Positions 1 through 12,760 of a stretch of 64,000 bases of DNA are shown in pieces. Each line of letters opens with the position of its first letter. Position 1 is the first letter of the stretch. This DNA is from Kondoa subrosea (taxonomy: Eukaryota). A program made the translations under genes and the position numbers. The notes below the pieces were generated by a model. The model saw only the letters and a program-made list of their open reading frames with translations, was not told where the DNA came from and searched no databases. The stretch spans positions 1,749,118 through 1,813,117 of the forward strand of contig BCIN01000002.1 of NCBI GenBank assembly GCA_039545335.1, written 5' to 3'.

Positions 1-2814
1 TGGGTACAGGCAAGACCCGCGAGATGGCTACAGGGGAGACTTCGGTATGTTGGCACAGAGCTACTGAATTGCATGCCTCTGATTACTCTGATTAGGACGA
101 CCGCCATATGATATGAACCGCAGAGATGATCGTCGGGGAGAGGATCCTTATTATCGTGTTCCAGAATTTGGTTATCGTGATGAAAGAGGAGGCAGCTATC
201 CAGGATCTTATCCTTCTGGTAATCCAGTGTATGTTCTTCGAATTGTCACGCTAAAGCAATCACCGAGATGTGCGACAATAGGCAACGGGTTGCTCCTCCA
301 GAAGATCTGAATTATCAAGTTTCCTTCGACCATTTCGAAGCATACATGCGGCAATCCTATCCTACCATATACGAGGATAGACATCGTCTAGATGACGCCT
401 GGAGAAAGTATCGGACCGATTTCCAACACAAGCAGCACCTTGACTTCTTTGACGCCCACAAGAAGAGTCCCTGGTTTCAAGAGCGCTACGATCCTGCTCA
501 GGAGCCACTTAGAGCACGATTGAAGACTAAAGGAAGAGAAGGCAAAGTTGACATCTTCTTGCAAGAGTTGTCCAATGGGCAATTTGAAGATATCAATTTC
601 GATCATCGACCTGGTGAGCGTTAGATTCTGGCTAGCTGGATGTCAACGTATCTAATGGGCACATTCCAGTTCCTGCTTCCAATCAACAAGAATATAAATA
701 TAATGATGGACAGCTCACATTTGACCGTGAGCTGAACTGAGCCTATCAACTAGCAGTGAAACTTGACGTTTTCTCGGGAATAGCTGAGAAGGCTCGGGAA
801 TCCAATCGGGAAGCAGCCGAAGATGATGATGCAACAAGCCAAGGAAAAGAGTCCAGCAAGGCGAGGCTTGCAGCAGAAACTGAAGCTGAAGACAAGGTCA
901 AAGCTGAAGCTTCACCTAGTCAAGATGTCAAGCCTCTGGATGATGCGGCTGTCCAAACTACGAAAGCTGAGAACGGAACTAAAGATTCTGATAAGAAAGC
1001 ACAAGCGGAAAAGAAGATGCCGAAGTGAGCCTGACAATCTTGTCATGTAAAGACATTGACTGATGTCCTCTCCAAAGAGGACGCGAAGATGATGTCTTCA
1101 TACCTGGCAATGACCATCTGCTGATCATCAAAGCTGTATCCAACGAAATTTCCAGATCGGATTTAGAAGCTGTAAGCATGTCTATCTAAAGTTGTAAAAT
1201 AGTAGGTTTGAGTCTGGTGGCCTGCAGCATCTAGCGCAAGTAGAGGGCTTCGACTATGTCGCTTTGTCGGAACCTAATCAGAATAGACGTTTCCATCGGG
1301 TCGGTTTCGTGCAATTTATACCAGGATCAGACATGGAAGCAGCCGAACAGAAGTTGTTCGAATCGAAGGTGAGGAGAAATGACCCATCGCGCGTCGGACT
1401 CTAACTTCCGAATTGTATTAGATCGATACTTTCACCTTGCACATGAGTCGGGGTATACAGGGATCTTATCAAAAGTTGCGAACCGTTCCGCCTCACTTCA
1501 ATGAACGTCAGCGGCTGGAAAGAGATGTAGAGCAAGCTAGCAAAATGATGAACAAGTTGGAAGCAGAGTCTGGCGATACTCGAGGCAGTTCGGCAATTTT
1601 ACACAAAGTTTCGGAGTTGGAAAAATCAGATGAGAAACCTGCAGACATCGTGCGTGATCCGGTCTCGGTTGGCGCTTACGACTGTTGCTTCATGTCTCGT
1701 TCTTACAGTCAAAGAAGCATCTCGATCTCATTCTCCAGTACCTAAGACAATGCTTCGCAACCTGCTACTACTGCACAGCTGTATACGATTTCTCTGAAGA
1801 GTTGACTCGTCGTTGCGTAAAGCATGTGCGCAGGTTACCTGTAGCAGACGATAGGCAAAAGGATAGATACGGCCGATCCAACAAAGCTAATGGTAAGCAG
1901 TCATTGGCCAAATCAGGTTTTCGATTGATAGATCGAAGCAGAAATGGCCTTTGTTCGAGCTTTCGATGATAGACTTGCGATGCTTATTGATGCCAACATC
2001 GACCCGCGAGATCATGGCGGTGAAAGCTACGAGCTGTATGTCCCTAACTGTAACACGATGCCGTTGTAATCTTCGAGTCTAGGGAATTACATCGACAATG
2101 CGAGGCCAAAATTAAGATTGAAGATGAGGTCAAGTTCCGCTGCAAGACTTGCAATAAGCTATTCAAAGCACTCAACTTTGTCGAAAAGCATGTAGCTAAT
2201 AAACACCCTGAAGAAATTCGCTTCGAAGAATTAGACCGAGTTAGTGCAACTGCTCTTGAAGTTGACGGTTCGCTGACCAAGATGCAGATCAAGTACTTCA
2301 ACAACTATGTCATGGATCCGAATCACCTGACCAATCTGACGGAGCAAACCAATATGAAAGAGCAAAGACCTCCTCAACAAGCAACCTCCGCGATTGCACC
2401 GTACCCTCGACATGATATGCCACCTCCTATGGGCTTCCCTATTGGTGTAGGATATCCGATGGACGGACAGTCCGGTTTCGCAGCGCCAATGTCTTACATA
2501 GTAAGTTGCTAGACGGTTGTCAAAGGCACTACAGCTAATGTGGTTTGTAGCCTGGTATGCCTCCTTCTTTAGCGTGGCCTCAACGCATAGGTCCTGCTAC
2601 TACGCAACCAGGTTTCAGCGAAAAGCGACTCAGTGATCGAATTGGCGATCGTATCTATGATGAACCTGGAGCAAAGAGGCAACGGACGATGCCCATGACT
2701 GCTCTTAAGATTCCTGAAGGAGTCAAGGAGGATCCCAGAAAAGCTCGAGTAGCTAGCTATTCAGATCTAGACAGAGCAGTTCCTGCTTCCGACAGTCTGG
2801 ACTTGGACTATTAG
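1..2814 (+). CDS. ARS2: Serrate/ARS2 (SRRT) RNA-processing factor, spliced, 5'-truncated by the window edge
   Basis: FFDAHKKSPWFQERYDP N-terminal motif; LDLILQYLRQCFATCYYC; C2H2 finger FRCKTCNKLFKALNFVEKHVANKH (about 2134-2205); C-terminal DPRK..SYSDLD; GT-AG introns. Confidence 0.9.
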
Positions 2815-2919
2815 TAGGCTAAGAGATAACTGTAAGACGTGACCTTGGGCATGTAAGAAAGAAACACATTGACAATTATGCCTTCCAACATATTTTGCGG
2901 CCACTCCATGCCATATTTC

Positions 2920-3591
2920 ATGAGCAAACGATCACCTGAACCTTTACCTTCCGAACCCGCAGCAAAGAAGCAAGCTATGTCTTCTGATTTAGCAGTACCC
3001 CCTCCGTCCAACAAATTACTCGTACAAAAGCTGTCACCGCGCGCGAAAGCGCCAACTCGAGGAAGTGCTTTGGCAGCTGGTTATGATCTCTACTCGTCAG
3101 CAGCATCTTCATATACTTCTGCCTATCGTTTGACGCGTCGACAACAGCGCGGAAAAGAAGACTGTGCCAGCGCGAGGCAAGGCGATGATTTCTACAGATC
3201 TAGCTGTTGCTGTACCCGAAGGGACTTATGGGCGTGTCGCTCCTCGCAGCGGTCTAGGTAAGTGATCGCCAGATAGCAAAGCAGAAGACTCTGACGCTAC
3301 CTTTCTTCGAAGCCTCCAAGTTCTCGATTGACGTCGGAGCTGGAGTCGTTGACGCTGATTATCGAGGCACACTGCATGTACTGCTTTTCAACTACAGCGA
3401 TAAGGACTACGAAGGTGAGGTTCATTGCTGGACCCTTGTATTTGGCATTACAACTTCGATTTCCAGTGTCCGAGGGCGACCGCATTGCTCAATTAGTATT
3501 GGAGAGGATCGCCACACCGGAAGTAGAAGAGGTAGAAAGTCTTACAGAAACAGCGAGAGGCAGTGGAGGATTTGGAAGTAGTGGAAAGTGA
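2920..3591 (+). CDS. DUT1: dUTP pyrophosphatase (4 exons)
   Basis: Spliced motifs [33 protein letters not shown] and [10 protein letters not shown]. Confidence 0.97.
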
Positions 3592-3749
3592 ACTAAACTA
3601 ACGCTTCGAGATACGATCGATAGATAATGCAAAAGAATATTATGAAGCATATGATGCAATCTTATTTGACATGAATGATATCCCGTACACAAATAACGAC
3701 GATGCGCTGTATGATTATGATGATATGATGCGATGCGGGTCTTGTTCTA

Positions 3750-6700
3750 TTATTGAGAGGGATCGAGCGAGGCAATCCACTGTTGAACGGACGCAGGTGT
3801 TTCCGCTTGACAGATGTAGCAGTTGTTAGAGGTATATACAGCGAAGACATTGGGCCGCTAGGAGAGCAGTCAGCCGAAGGCAACAAACAGATACGGAAAT
3901 GGCAAACCTGAGCCATCTCTTCCAATTCTTTCGTAGCCATGACTTTCACACTGGATAGATTGATTGGGACGCCAGTCTCTGTTCTTTCGGAAGAGCTGGT
4001 GTATAGATACGCGTATGGACGCTTGATCACACAATAGATACGCTGCCAGATCTGAGTGTTGACATCTTGCATCGAGATATAGCCCTTCTTGTGACATACG
4101 TTGCTGTCATGGACATTAGCAGGCATGGAAGCAATGCATCTTGACCTACGTTTTAGGTATAAGTCGGGTGACCACAGAATAGCGTCTGTTCCCCTTTAAG
4201 CCAGGCTGCACAAGAGTCATTGAGGCTGGAGGATCACGACAAAGTTCGATCTGCTGGTTGATCAGGACTTGATTCGCTTGGTGCGAAGGCACGCAAGCTA
4301 ACCTCTTTGGATGTTCCGAATTGCTTCTGCCAAAGTGCCAATGCTTTTGCCAACACCCGCTCGTTCTGACCAGCTGCGAGAACTGCAGGCAGAATTGCGT
4401 CCTGCTTACTTTCAGCAAGTATAGAGGTTGTTGCGGCGACGTCTATAGCCGTCTGTTCCGCTTTCCTAATTTTGTAGTCTTGAATGATGAGATCAGTGTT
4501 GAAGGGGCGCCAGTCTCCAAGGATTTCTTCGCCTCGAATGAAGGTTTTGGAAGTGTCCTTGCGCCAGAGCTCATGGGAAGTCCGGGCCGTTTGAGGCAGC
4601 ACATCGACTGCAAACAAGGCGGTGCAAGTCGAGATTGTTCTCGTTGCTTGGAAGTAGCTCATAAGCCTAGAAGGGGGTTTGAAGTTTCTATCTTTCACTG
4701 TACAGCTGATATCCATGTCAAAAGCTGTAGAGACAAGCACTTCAGAGGATGATAACATCGCAGCGAATGCGACATACTGGCAGGCTCATAACCTGGAATG
4801 ATGATCGAGAAGGACAGACGCAGGAGAGCTCTTGTACCTTCCGCGGTTATACGATTTAAGAAGATAGAGTTGTGCGCCGACGAGTCCCAGCTACCTTCGA
4901 AGGACAGCATGGCAGTCCCGTCTTTATCGAAAGCATCGCTTCGTTTAGTAGGTTTCAATTCGACCTCGTTGCTGTTGGGAGCACCGTGCACGAGACCTGG
5001 CCAATTATTCAGTTCTTCTACTACTTATCGCTGACTGCGGCTCACCTTTGTCGTCTAGTAATCTCGAATCGCTGAAAGTCACACTATCAACTTTGGTCCA
5101 TGGCCAAGATCTACCAGAAGAGTGACGAAGAGTGAGAACGAGTTGACGTTGTAGACCTGTCTCTCGATCATTAGCACTTGCTCTTCCGCATGACAGGAGA
5201 GACCATGCCTTGTCGCAGAGAAAAGCAGCCTGGATCGGCAGACGAGGTTGCGTGAACCGGCACAGGCTGATATTGGCCCGAGGAATCGATTTCACAGATG
5301 GACAGAGATGCAGCGACGTCGTGCGACTGCGCATGTAGAAATTCGGTCTCCGGTCGCCTTGCGGCCTTCACGGCAGAAGTCGACAGTGTTGAGCTAATCG
5401 ACAACTGGTCCGCGGTATCGACATTATCAAGGAAAGCTGTCTTCAATTGAGCGTGGAATTCGATGGGAAGGAAGCCGTTTCGAAAGTTTTCTGAAATGGC
5501 ATTAGTCCCTTGTAACGCAACGACTTTTTGAAAGGAAAAGTCATTTGTAACGCCGACTTGGAAGCAATCTGAGGCGAATACTTGATCCATCTCTTGATTA
5601 CCGAAACTCGAAAGACGGAATTGAACGTGGGCATCTTTGAAATAGCTTGAGTCCAATCCTCGTATGTTGCCGACATTGACTTCCAAGGTGACCAAGGAAC
5701 CGATCTTACAAGCTGAGGAACTGCTGAGACCTGGTGTTTCGCTTGATGTCGCTAAAGGACGAATAGTGATATCGCAAGAGCCGATAATTTGCTTGGATAG
5801 CAAGTGACAGAAGATCGGTGCTGAGCGTATAGATTTGGCTTGGATAGAAAGAGGCTTCAATGCGATATAAGCTGAACCAATGAAAGTATAGGTCGGTATT
5901 AGCGAAGTGTAAAAGGGATTGGCAACATCAATGTGCCGAATATGTGGTTTGTCGATGTACTTATATAGACTGCGCATAGCCTCCAGTTGTCGCAATAGCT
6001 TGGATAATGACCAGACATAGATGCTGTTATGTGCTTTGTCTAGAACCTTAACAGCCAGCACACGCCGATCGAGATGGCTGTCATCAGTTGAGGCTTCTTC
6101 ATCAGTCTCGTCGAATCCGTGGATACCATTACGAGCAGAAATAGAATACTTCGTAACATCCAGTACACAGTACTGGTATGTGACGTCTTTTGACAGTTCT
6201 CTGGAGATGATGTTGACTTCTTTGATGGCAGAAGCATAAGTAAGAGCTTGCTCCGCCATCTTGACGCGGCTCTGACGTTTCCATTGCTTGACACAAGCGG
6301 CGATCAAAGCAAATTCGTCCTCAGAAAGAGTTGCATCGCCTTTCTTGGCCCGTTTGGTAGCTCGTAAGCGCGATTCATATGTTCTTCGTTGTTCTTCTAG
6401 TTGAACCTGCATTTCTTCTTGTACTCGAAGAAGCTTGGCTTCTATTTCGATTTTCTCTGCTTTGATCTCCTCAGCCGCAGCTGACGAGGCAGCTAATGTC
6501 GACAGCTTGACTTCGTACTCTTGACGTTGCTCTACAAGCTGGTGTTCCATAGTCTCTCTAGCTTCTTGCAGTTGAGCATCCACTTGCTGCAGAGCGATAG
6601 GTGTGGCCGAAATTGACAGTCCAGATGTGACGCTTGTGTCGCCCGTTGCCCATGTTTCGCCGGAAAAGGGACGAGAATGATAAGTAAAAGAGCTGGCTTC

Positions 6701-9125
6701 ATCTTCTTCACCTTCCTCATCGTAAGCTGAACCCAGATAACTGCTCATTCTACTTTCTGATCGACCAGCATCTGTTCCACTTCGTCGTTGTCTCACGGTA
6801 ATAATATCATGGTAGAGTTGATTAAGATCTTGTTCTGGCAGCTTATCGAGGTCGACTTCAGTGCCATTTAGGCGGGCAACAACAGCTTCTCGCCGAGCAA
6901 AGTTCCAATCGGGCACTTCCGCTCCAGATATGTTTGACATAGGCGAATCGGGCCGCTGATTTGGAGAGCTTGTTCCGCTGAAGACACCTTCTTGCAATAA
7001 CTGGGGAGAACGTAGCAGATCGCCCGCCGCGCTTATTCTGACTCTTTCGCGAGCTGCTTCCAAGGGATTGTTGAAGCGGAAGACATGCCACTCGCCAACA
7101 ATGATGCGATAGCCCGATTTGAGCTTTCTGGGCTACCGTACAGGAAACCAGGTCAGATGAGCTCATTCTGACAAGGCCTAAAAATAGGTAGCTACCTTGT
7201 CTGCTTGAAGTCGTTGGCCATTGACCATACACAAACAATCAGGCAAAACTTGAAGGAAGACGCTATTGTCCTCTTGACTGTCGAAAAAGCAATGTTCGCT
7301 TCGAATACCGTCACCGCTCAGCTTGATGTCTGCAGACGAGCTGTCAAGGTTGCCAACACTTGTGCGCCCCGGCTTGATTTGGTACACAAGGCCTGGTATT
7401 TGGATAAATCAGCCTGCCTTTCTTAGAAAGCAAGCGAGGCTCAGAGACGTACATTCTGACATTAAAGGATCTTCATTCAAATTGCTAGATGAATAGTCAG
7501 CTCTGGTCCACGGCATGATTGATAGTACCTACACCAAATGCGGCATCTGGAGCCAAGCCCAGTCAGATCCTACACATCGACTATCTATGTCATTGACAAA
7601 CCTTGCTAGGAGCGTGAACGCCGATCAGATTCTTCTCCAGCTTGATACCGAGTGACTCCAAGGCTGCTTCACGCTCGACTTGAATCTGTTGCGTTTGCTC
7701 CAATTTCTCTTCCCATGACTTGGCCGCTTGAGTCAGGAGTTTCTCACTCTGATCTAATTGCTCTTCTAGATCTGCTTTGGTCACAGTCTTGAGTTCGCCT
7801 GATTTGGTTTTATATTGGACAATTTGTTTCTCAGCAGGTATCGAGGCATCATATGTAGCTTCTGTTGATGCGCCACCCAAGCGAGATCGAAGTGTGAGCA
7901 GTTCTTCTTTCAACTCGCGGATCAGCTTAGCGTTCGGATCTTCATTCACTGTGGCCCGATTCTTGATCTTTTTGGCGGCATCGGCATAGCGGAGGGTACT
8001 GAGCGTTTCGTCGTAGTCTGCTGGCGAGATAGCTGCGATCATCGCAGTTTTACTGTTACCTCCTAGCGAGTCTTTCAAAAGCCAAGTGAGAGTCGAATCT
8101 CGATAAGGCACGAAGTCGTCCGCTTTCTTCTTGCTCCCTTTGATTGGTGCTGTGCCAGCTGAAGCCAATGCAGAGATCACTTTGCCAAGGGTAGTCAGGG
8201 ATTTGTTAATCTGTGCACCTTCTTTCAATCTTTGTCCCGTAGCTCCAGTCGAGTTGGCTCTTTCACTGCCTGCCAAATCAACGAGACTAATTCTCGAAAC
8301 TTTCTCTCCTTCCATGCCGGTCATATCATCTTTTCTTCTTTGGGTAAGCATGAGAGTGAAGATAGAATGAGAACGGGAACTAGTTTCGTTCATGTTTGTA
8401 GCAGCTACTGTTCTCGTCTTGTTGCCTTCGTCCATGAGATGTTCTACCTCTGCAAAGTCTCTCACAGCTAGTTTGGCCAAATCTTCCACATAAGGTCCAA
8501 GAGAGGGATGTTCTCGCACTTTGAGGTTGCTCTTGTTCTTTGGATTGAGTAGATCTCTGACTTTCTCATTGTAAATCTCCATGAATGATGTTTCGACAGT
8601 ATAAGAGACATTTTCGGTTGTCGAGCTGATAATGCGTTTGAACAACGCTTCGCACACCAGCGGGATGATTCCTCTGTCGGCGCCATATCCCATCATACTG
8701 TAAGACTTGCCTGACCCAGTTTGACCGTAAGCGAAGAGGCATACGTTGAAACCTTCGAAAGCATGATTGAGCAGATCAACGCCTAAATCTTGGTACAGCG
8801 TTTGCTGGCTTGCATAGTCTGGATCGTCTCTTGATCCTGCGGACCAGTATGACTTGTCGAATGTGAAAGATTTGGGTTCCTTATCTGCATTCTTGCCTGC
8901 GTCAGGTAGTGCTTCCAAGATGGTTTGATTGCCTTTCATCTCTGTGTTCTCGTGCATGAGTGGTGCATTACAAACCACAAGACAGATCTCGCACGGATCA
9001 GAGGTTTGGCTCCTCGAGCAATCTCTCGCGAATTTAAAGGCTATAGTCTCCAATCAGCTTGACGAACCAATAGACGCCGACAGCCTTACACGACATCTGA
9101 CAACGACCTTGATTGCATCCGCCAT
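3750..9125 (-). CDS. UNC104: Kinesin-3 (Unc104/KIF1A-type) with motor, FHA, stalk and PH domains
   Basis: GQTGSGKS P-loop, NETSSRSH, LVDLAGSE, PHLVNLNEDPLMSE/FHA region and a C-terminal PH domain; spliced start MADAIKVVVRCRPLNSRE. Confidence 0.95.
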
Positions 9126-9239
9126 TATTGTTTACTCTTGCTCGAGTTGCAAGCTCAAGCAAATCGGACGCAGCGACGCGCAGAATTGGCGGCCTGGTCT
9201 AATGTACTTCTGCTCCTAGGTCCGAGCTCTTAACGGTGG

Positions 9240-9780
9240 ATGGAAGCCGAGGACTTGTGACCGCACGAAAGAAAAAAGCCACTTCTTTCTGAACCATGAT
9301 CAATTCGCTCTGCAAAGTCTTTACTATCAGAAGCTAGGAGCTCTACTATGTGAGTACTTCATTATCCTCTTTCCATTCCTTTTCTTGCACTTCTGGCCAA
9401 TGAAGATAAATTTTCCGCAAAATTAGCTCTAGATTCCTCTTCAGAGGAAGGTGATGGCAACATACCTTAATATGTCATAGTTAGTCGGACTGGCCTTCTC
9501 CATTCATCCTCTTCTCAAGTTGGAAGGAACTGGATATGAGAACATCACTGACTTTTATGCATTTTGTTGCACAGATCTGCCGATTTTATGGGAGCTGGAA
9601 AGCCGTCTATAGTATCTGATCAGAAAGATGATTGCAATGTGATGATAAAATACGCTTTTCGCAAACTTTCCTTTTTTCGAGTCGTTTCTATACTTCTATC
9701 GTCAACGAGTCTCTTAGCTGCAGTTCTTGACATGCTCTTATCTTTGCTTCATTTGAAAGCGATATCTCGCGGCTAGGGAC
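9240..9780 (+). ncRNA. Putative non-coding snoRNA host transcript with a 225-nt intron (9350-9574); ends approximate
   Basis: GTGAGT donor at 9350, ACTGAC branch at 9547 and a polypyrimidine tract with CAG at 9574; no convincing spliced ORF; divergent from the kinesin gene. Confidence 0.55.
9395..9495 (+). ncRNA. Box C/D snoRNA, snR63/SNORD46-like (LSU helix 69 guide) with a second 18S-complementary element
   Basis: Terminal stem GGCCA (9395) / TGGCC (9491); C-like box ATGAAGA at 9400; C' GTGATGG at 9451; D-like box CGGA at 9486; GTCATAGTTA (9474-9483) is antisense to LSU UAACUAUGAC; ATTAGCTCTAGA (9422-9433) is antisense to 18S UCUAGAGCUAAU. Confidence 0.75.
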
Positions 9781-10041
9781 TCTTGAGGTCTATATCATCT
9801 CTAGTCATCTAGTTCGACTGGTCTGCTAGCGTGCGATATGTGTCTCTTCTTGATCACTTCACGACCTGATCAAGATTTGAGATACTTCGGCTGTCTATCT
9901 GCCTGCGGTGAACTACAAGACAATCTATCATACATTGCAATGGAATAGCATCAAACGAATGACAAGGTCTCCACTGATAGAAAGCGAAAAAGTCCTAAAC
10001 ACTGGCCCTTTCCCCTCTACATCCCCTCTTCAACAGTCCAA

Positions 10042-11621
10042 TCAATCGATACTCAGCCGCGATGCTGGAAACAAACAAACGTCAGAAGGAGCTTCTACAT
10101 GTTGTAATAAATCGGGCTTGACTTACACTTTGCGGATGATAATTTATAATGTAGACCATCCACGCTATCGAAATCGTAGCCCGCTTCATCTGCTTTCGCT
10201 GACCGGGCCTTAGCTGTCACTGTGTGTATACTGTTAGCATCGATTCGGAAAGAAGCGAGAGCAGCAGGACAGACTGTTAAACTTCAAGCCTCGACCAAAG
10301 TTGCGCATAACTATCGCACTCTGGACAATCGTGAAGAGCAGAAGTAGTAAAGAAAGAATAGCTGTGATGTGATATGATTCAATGCAAATTGAGCGCCGGA
10401 GACAATTCAAACTCACAAAACACGGTCAACGAAGCCTTTGCCGTTTCGTAGTCTTCGCTTGTAGAGTTATGAAGGTAGATTCGGAAGAGCTGTACCTGTG
10501 AAATCAGCATTGGGCCAACAGAGCGAAGTCGATAATTTACCTTGAAGGAGAAATAGGCAGCACCTGCCACGCAACCCAAAATGAAAGTTCCCATCAGCCA
10601 TTTGATCTCTCTTCTTGCTGCTACATAAGCTGCGATCATCAAACAAATTGTGAATGGCATAGCAGCTAATGTCAGCCATCGCTTCTTGGAGAGTTAGAGC
10701 AGGATTCAGGATGGTAGGTAGAACTCACCTCGATATCTGCTTTAGCCAGTACAAGGAGCAAGAATTGCAAAGAGAAGGCGAAAAAGAAGAACAGGTCGAC
10801 TACAGCAAAACATCAGCACTGTCGATGTATCTTGTCAGTCTACCCACATTTGCATAGACAGACAAAGACTGCTGCTCGTTAGCATATACGTCATTCTAGA
10901 GTAGTTCCGCATACCCTGATAAGCCAGGTACATTTTCTTTATCCGCCTATCTGCTCCCAGAGATTTGAAGATAACCCAACCGAATTCTCTATACAGCTTC
11001 CATGCTAGAATGCAGTACATGACCTCGGTGCAGGCGATCATAATAGGTACGATTAGCGAGAGTGCGTAGACCGTGCTGTCCATTGTGCCGATTGCTGAAA
11101 AGGCGTCCCGAACTTCTTGTATTTGTACGACCTATGGGTATTTGTCTGCTTGAGTTGGGTGAAAGTGGAGTGAGTTATCAAACTGACCGAGTAGAAAAGC
11201 TGGAAGATTGAATAAGCATCTCATCTGAATCAACTTTGAAATACTGAATACTCACAAACATTAGATTGAAAACACATAATCCAATGACCTGAATCGTGTT
11301 CTTGTTCGCCAGTGCATCTACAGCTAATATTGTCTGGTACAGACTGTACACCGAACGTAGCATTAGTCAGACGGTCCGTTCGCCTTGACAACGGCATTCT
11401 TCAATGACTGACTGCGCGGCTGTGAATATAGCCAAATAGACTGGTAAAGCAGCCTTCTCGTCTTTCCCGCTGTCATCAAAGAGACTGTGCTGGAATTCCC
11501 CCTTGGCAAAAATGACTGCTTCGATACCAATGTCCACGCTCGCTTCGAGTAATGTGATAATGAGGAATGCTCTTGTAGCCAATGTAGACGGTATCCAACG
11601 CGCAAATTTGCTCGTAGACAT
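10042..11621 (-). CDS. Multi-pass membrane protein, UPF0658 (Golgi membrane)-like
   Basis: DALANKNTIQVIGLCVFN; AWKLYREFGWVIFKSLGADRRIKKMY; several TM helices; ends SRLSID. Confidence 0.75.
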
Positions 11622-12006
11622 CTCGTTCTTGAGTTTATGGTTTTGCTAAGTGTTTGCTGTTAAAGGGTAGGTCCAGCCTTGTGTATGTGTTCTTGGTGAA
11701 GCAAAGTACGTCCTGCGTCGTTTGCTAAGTATATAAAGAGCGTTGTGAGTGTGTTGGCAGAATGAAGAGTCGGTTGATGGGTAAGAATCAAGAATCAACA
11801 GAGTTTCGGGCTTGGTGCAACACGACGACTTTTCGCGCTTTTCTACGGTAGACAGTCAGTCTATTGTACTATGTGACTTGTCCAGACGTGATTCTCTCGA
11901 ACAGACTCTAATCTTTGTCATGTCTTGGCGAAGTTTCGTTGAGCGGTTGCGACCCTCGTAATTGAGGACCCTTGACATCTGCCTTGCTTGTTCTCTCTCC
12001 TGCTAT

Positions 12007-12559
12007 ATGGCATATTATGACCAATCTCAATTCGGCGATCTAGTCTATCAAGCTGATCCTTACTACGGCTACGAGCCTCAGAGTCCATGGGCGGGAAATC
12101 ATCCTTCTTTGGCTCTACCTGCTCCTGCTTATCAGGTACGTTATGAGGACTGATCTTTAACCGCGACATCTCATAGAGTTCGTCAGATGATGCCTTCGTA
12201 TCCCCCAGCTTATCAAGCTCAACAACCTATGGCTTACCCTACTACTCCAATCTCGGCGCGTGACATGATGAGTCCAGGTCCTTCAGTAAGAGATTTCCTG
12301 TCATCCAAAACAGGCAAATCTAATTGGAGAATAGAGCTCAATACCTATGCTAGGTAATCAAGCTAATCCAATGCATCGATCCTTGCAGCACCCTCACTGG
12401 AATCAAAGGCGAAGCAGGAAAGACCGAAAGAGGGAAGACGAGCAGTATTTCCTACAGGTTTGCTTGCTTGTTTACGTTTAGACTTCCCGAGCTAAATATG
12501 TCCTTTGACAGCATGGCTTTCATCCTATCAGACGTAAGAGATATTGTTGGTGCTGGTAG
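12007..12559 (+). CDS. Small Pro/Tyr/Gln-rich hypothetical protein (4 exons) ending RRKRYCWCW
   Basis: ATG at 12007; three GT-AG introns give an open frame to TAG 12559 if the 12186 acceptor is used. Confidence 0.5.
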
Positions 12560-12760
12560 CTCGCGCAAGAGAGAGTACATTACGCTCTTCTCTGCTATAA
12601 TCTCTAGGAGTATATTCTCTATTGCGTAATCTAATTCGGGCTCAACGCCTTTTGCTTTTCATGTCCCTTTTCCCTCTGCGTTGTTTAATATCAGGTCAAA
12701 ATCTAGTCTCTCTATTGACAGCACAGTCTGCTCAGCTATGGGCTGAAGATAAAGAAGCAA

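Noticed and set aside
9564..9776. 70-aa ORF as a protein gene (SRP14- or Pop8-like was considered)
   Set aside because: It starts at a TTG inside the intron's polypyrimidine tract and has no convincing motif; a snoRNA host exon explains it better
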